DNA from: Macrostomum hystrix
Taxonomy: Eukaryota; Animalia; Platyhelminthes
Length of the DNA: 64,000 bases
Reading direction: 5' to 3'
Assembly (NCBI GenBank): GCA_950097015.1
Contig: CATNEN010000029.1
Coordinates: 1,364,001-1,428,000, forward strand
Below, in pieces: positions 63,365 through 64,000 of this stretch; the stretch's first letter is position 1; every line of letters begins with the position of its first letter. Made by a program: the position numbers and the translations under genes. The notes below the pieces were generated by a model. It was not told the origin of the DNA, did not search any database, and worked only from the letters and a program-made list of their open reading frames with translations.

Positions 63365-63498
63365 TTTACGACTGCGTAAACTGAAGCAACAGGGAATAAG
63401 TGTCTTGCTTAAGGGCATAAATTGTCCCCCCCTTGGGCTGAGGTTCAAACTCCCGATCTCTTCGGTCAAATTTCCGAAACTCTGTAACCACTCTACTA
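63365..63498 (-). mobile_element. Degenerate tRNA-headed SINE fragment (second family)
   Basis: The minus strand reads tagtagagtggtta...gggagtttgaacc (A/B-box-like), then gcccttaagcaagacactt...ttgcttcag, reminiscent of V-SINE-type cores. Confidence 0.45.
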
Positions 63499-64000
63499 GT
63501 TTTAAAGTTTATAATGTATTACTCGTATTGCAGCAATTCTGTAGTACTTTATATACTTCCTGTAGTAAACGAACGCTCGAATATGCAATGTACATGTACA
63601 CAAAATCGTTTTATGCGTCTTTCGTACTTCAGGTGCGGTAATCTGAAACGAAAGTAAAGACTTCCACGCGATTTTGTTTCTCTAAGGCTCTACAGTTGTC
63701 TTTATCTTTAAAAAATATCTTTTATACTCAGCTATGGATTGTTACTCTTAAACGACTTGGCATCACGGCTGAACAAAATGCCGGGACTATACTAAGCGCT
63801 TCGCTTATACATTGTACCTGGCTGAATTCACTAGCGAGAACCGACTGAAAGCACGATAATAATGCTTAGAATGAAAGGAAATATACTACTATATAATGTA
63901 AAGTATAAAGGCTGAATAATAAATTTTCTGGTTTTGCAAACAAAAAATGCTGCAAAAAAAGTTAAACTTGCTGCCATGCACTAATCCCTAGGGCCCGCGC

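Overview
Eukaryotic (invertebrate animal) genomic window with GT-AG introns, GC-rich exons, AT-rich spacers and very dense minisatellites; roughly a third of the window is tandem repeat. The style would fit a flatworm such as Macrostomum, but that is inference only. Five protein-coding genes are supported: the last exon of a probable DEG/ENaC channel, a 7-exon lethal(2) giant larvae (Lgl) gene, a 6-exon gene for a secreted VWA-like-domain protein, an intronless srw/FMRFamide-myosuppressin-type GPCR, and a 3-exon ADRM1/Rpn13 gene on the minus strand. The standout is the secreted protein (26108-35697, about 2817 aa if one 1-bp insertion is corrected). It has a signal peptide, a VWA-like domain with degenerate MIDAS, 17-aa aromatic repeats, and then 40 almost identical 55-aa Arg/Lys/Trp/Tyr-rich units with no acidic residue. 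I do not recognise this architecture; it is a candidate adhesive/coacervate structural protein or antimicrobial polyprotein. Mobile DNA includes a Mutator-type MITE with a perfect 9-bp TSD, a Gypsy gag relic, a full-length tRNA-derived SINE with a 13-bp TSD plus two relic copies, a Merlin (IS1595-like) transposon pseudogene with TIRs and TSD, and two more small inverted-repeat elements. Most other long ORFs in the track are reading-frame artefacts of minisatellites. All calls were made by eye; no searches were run.
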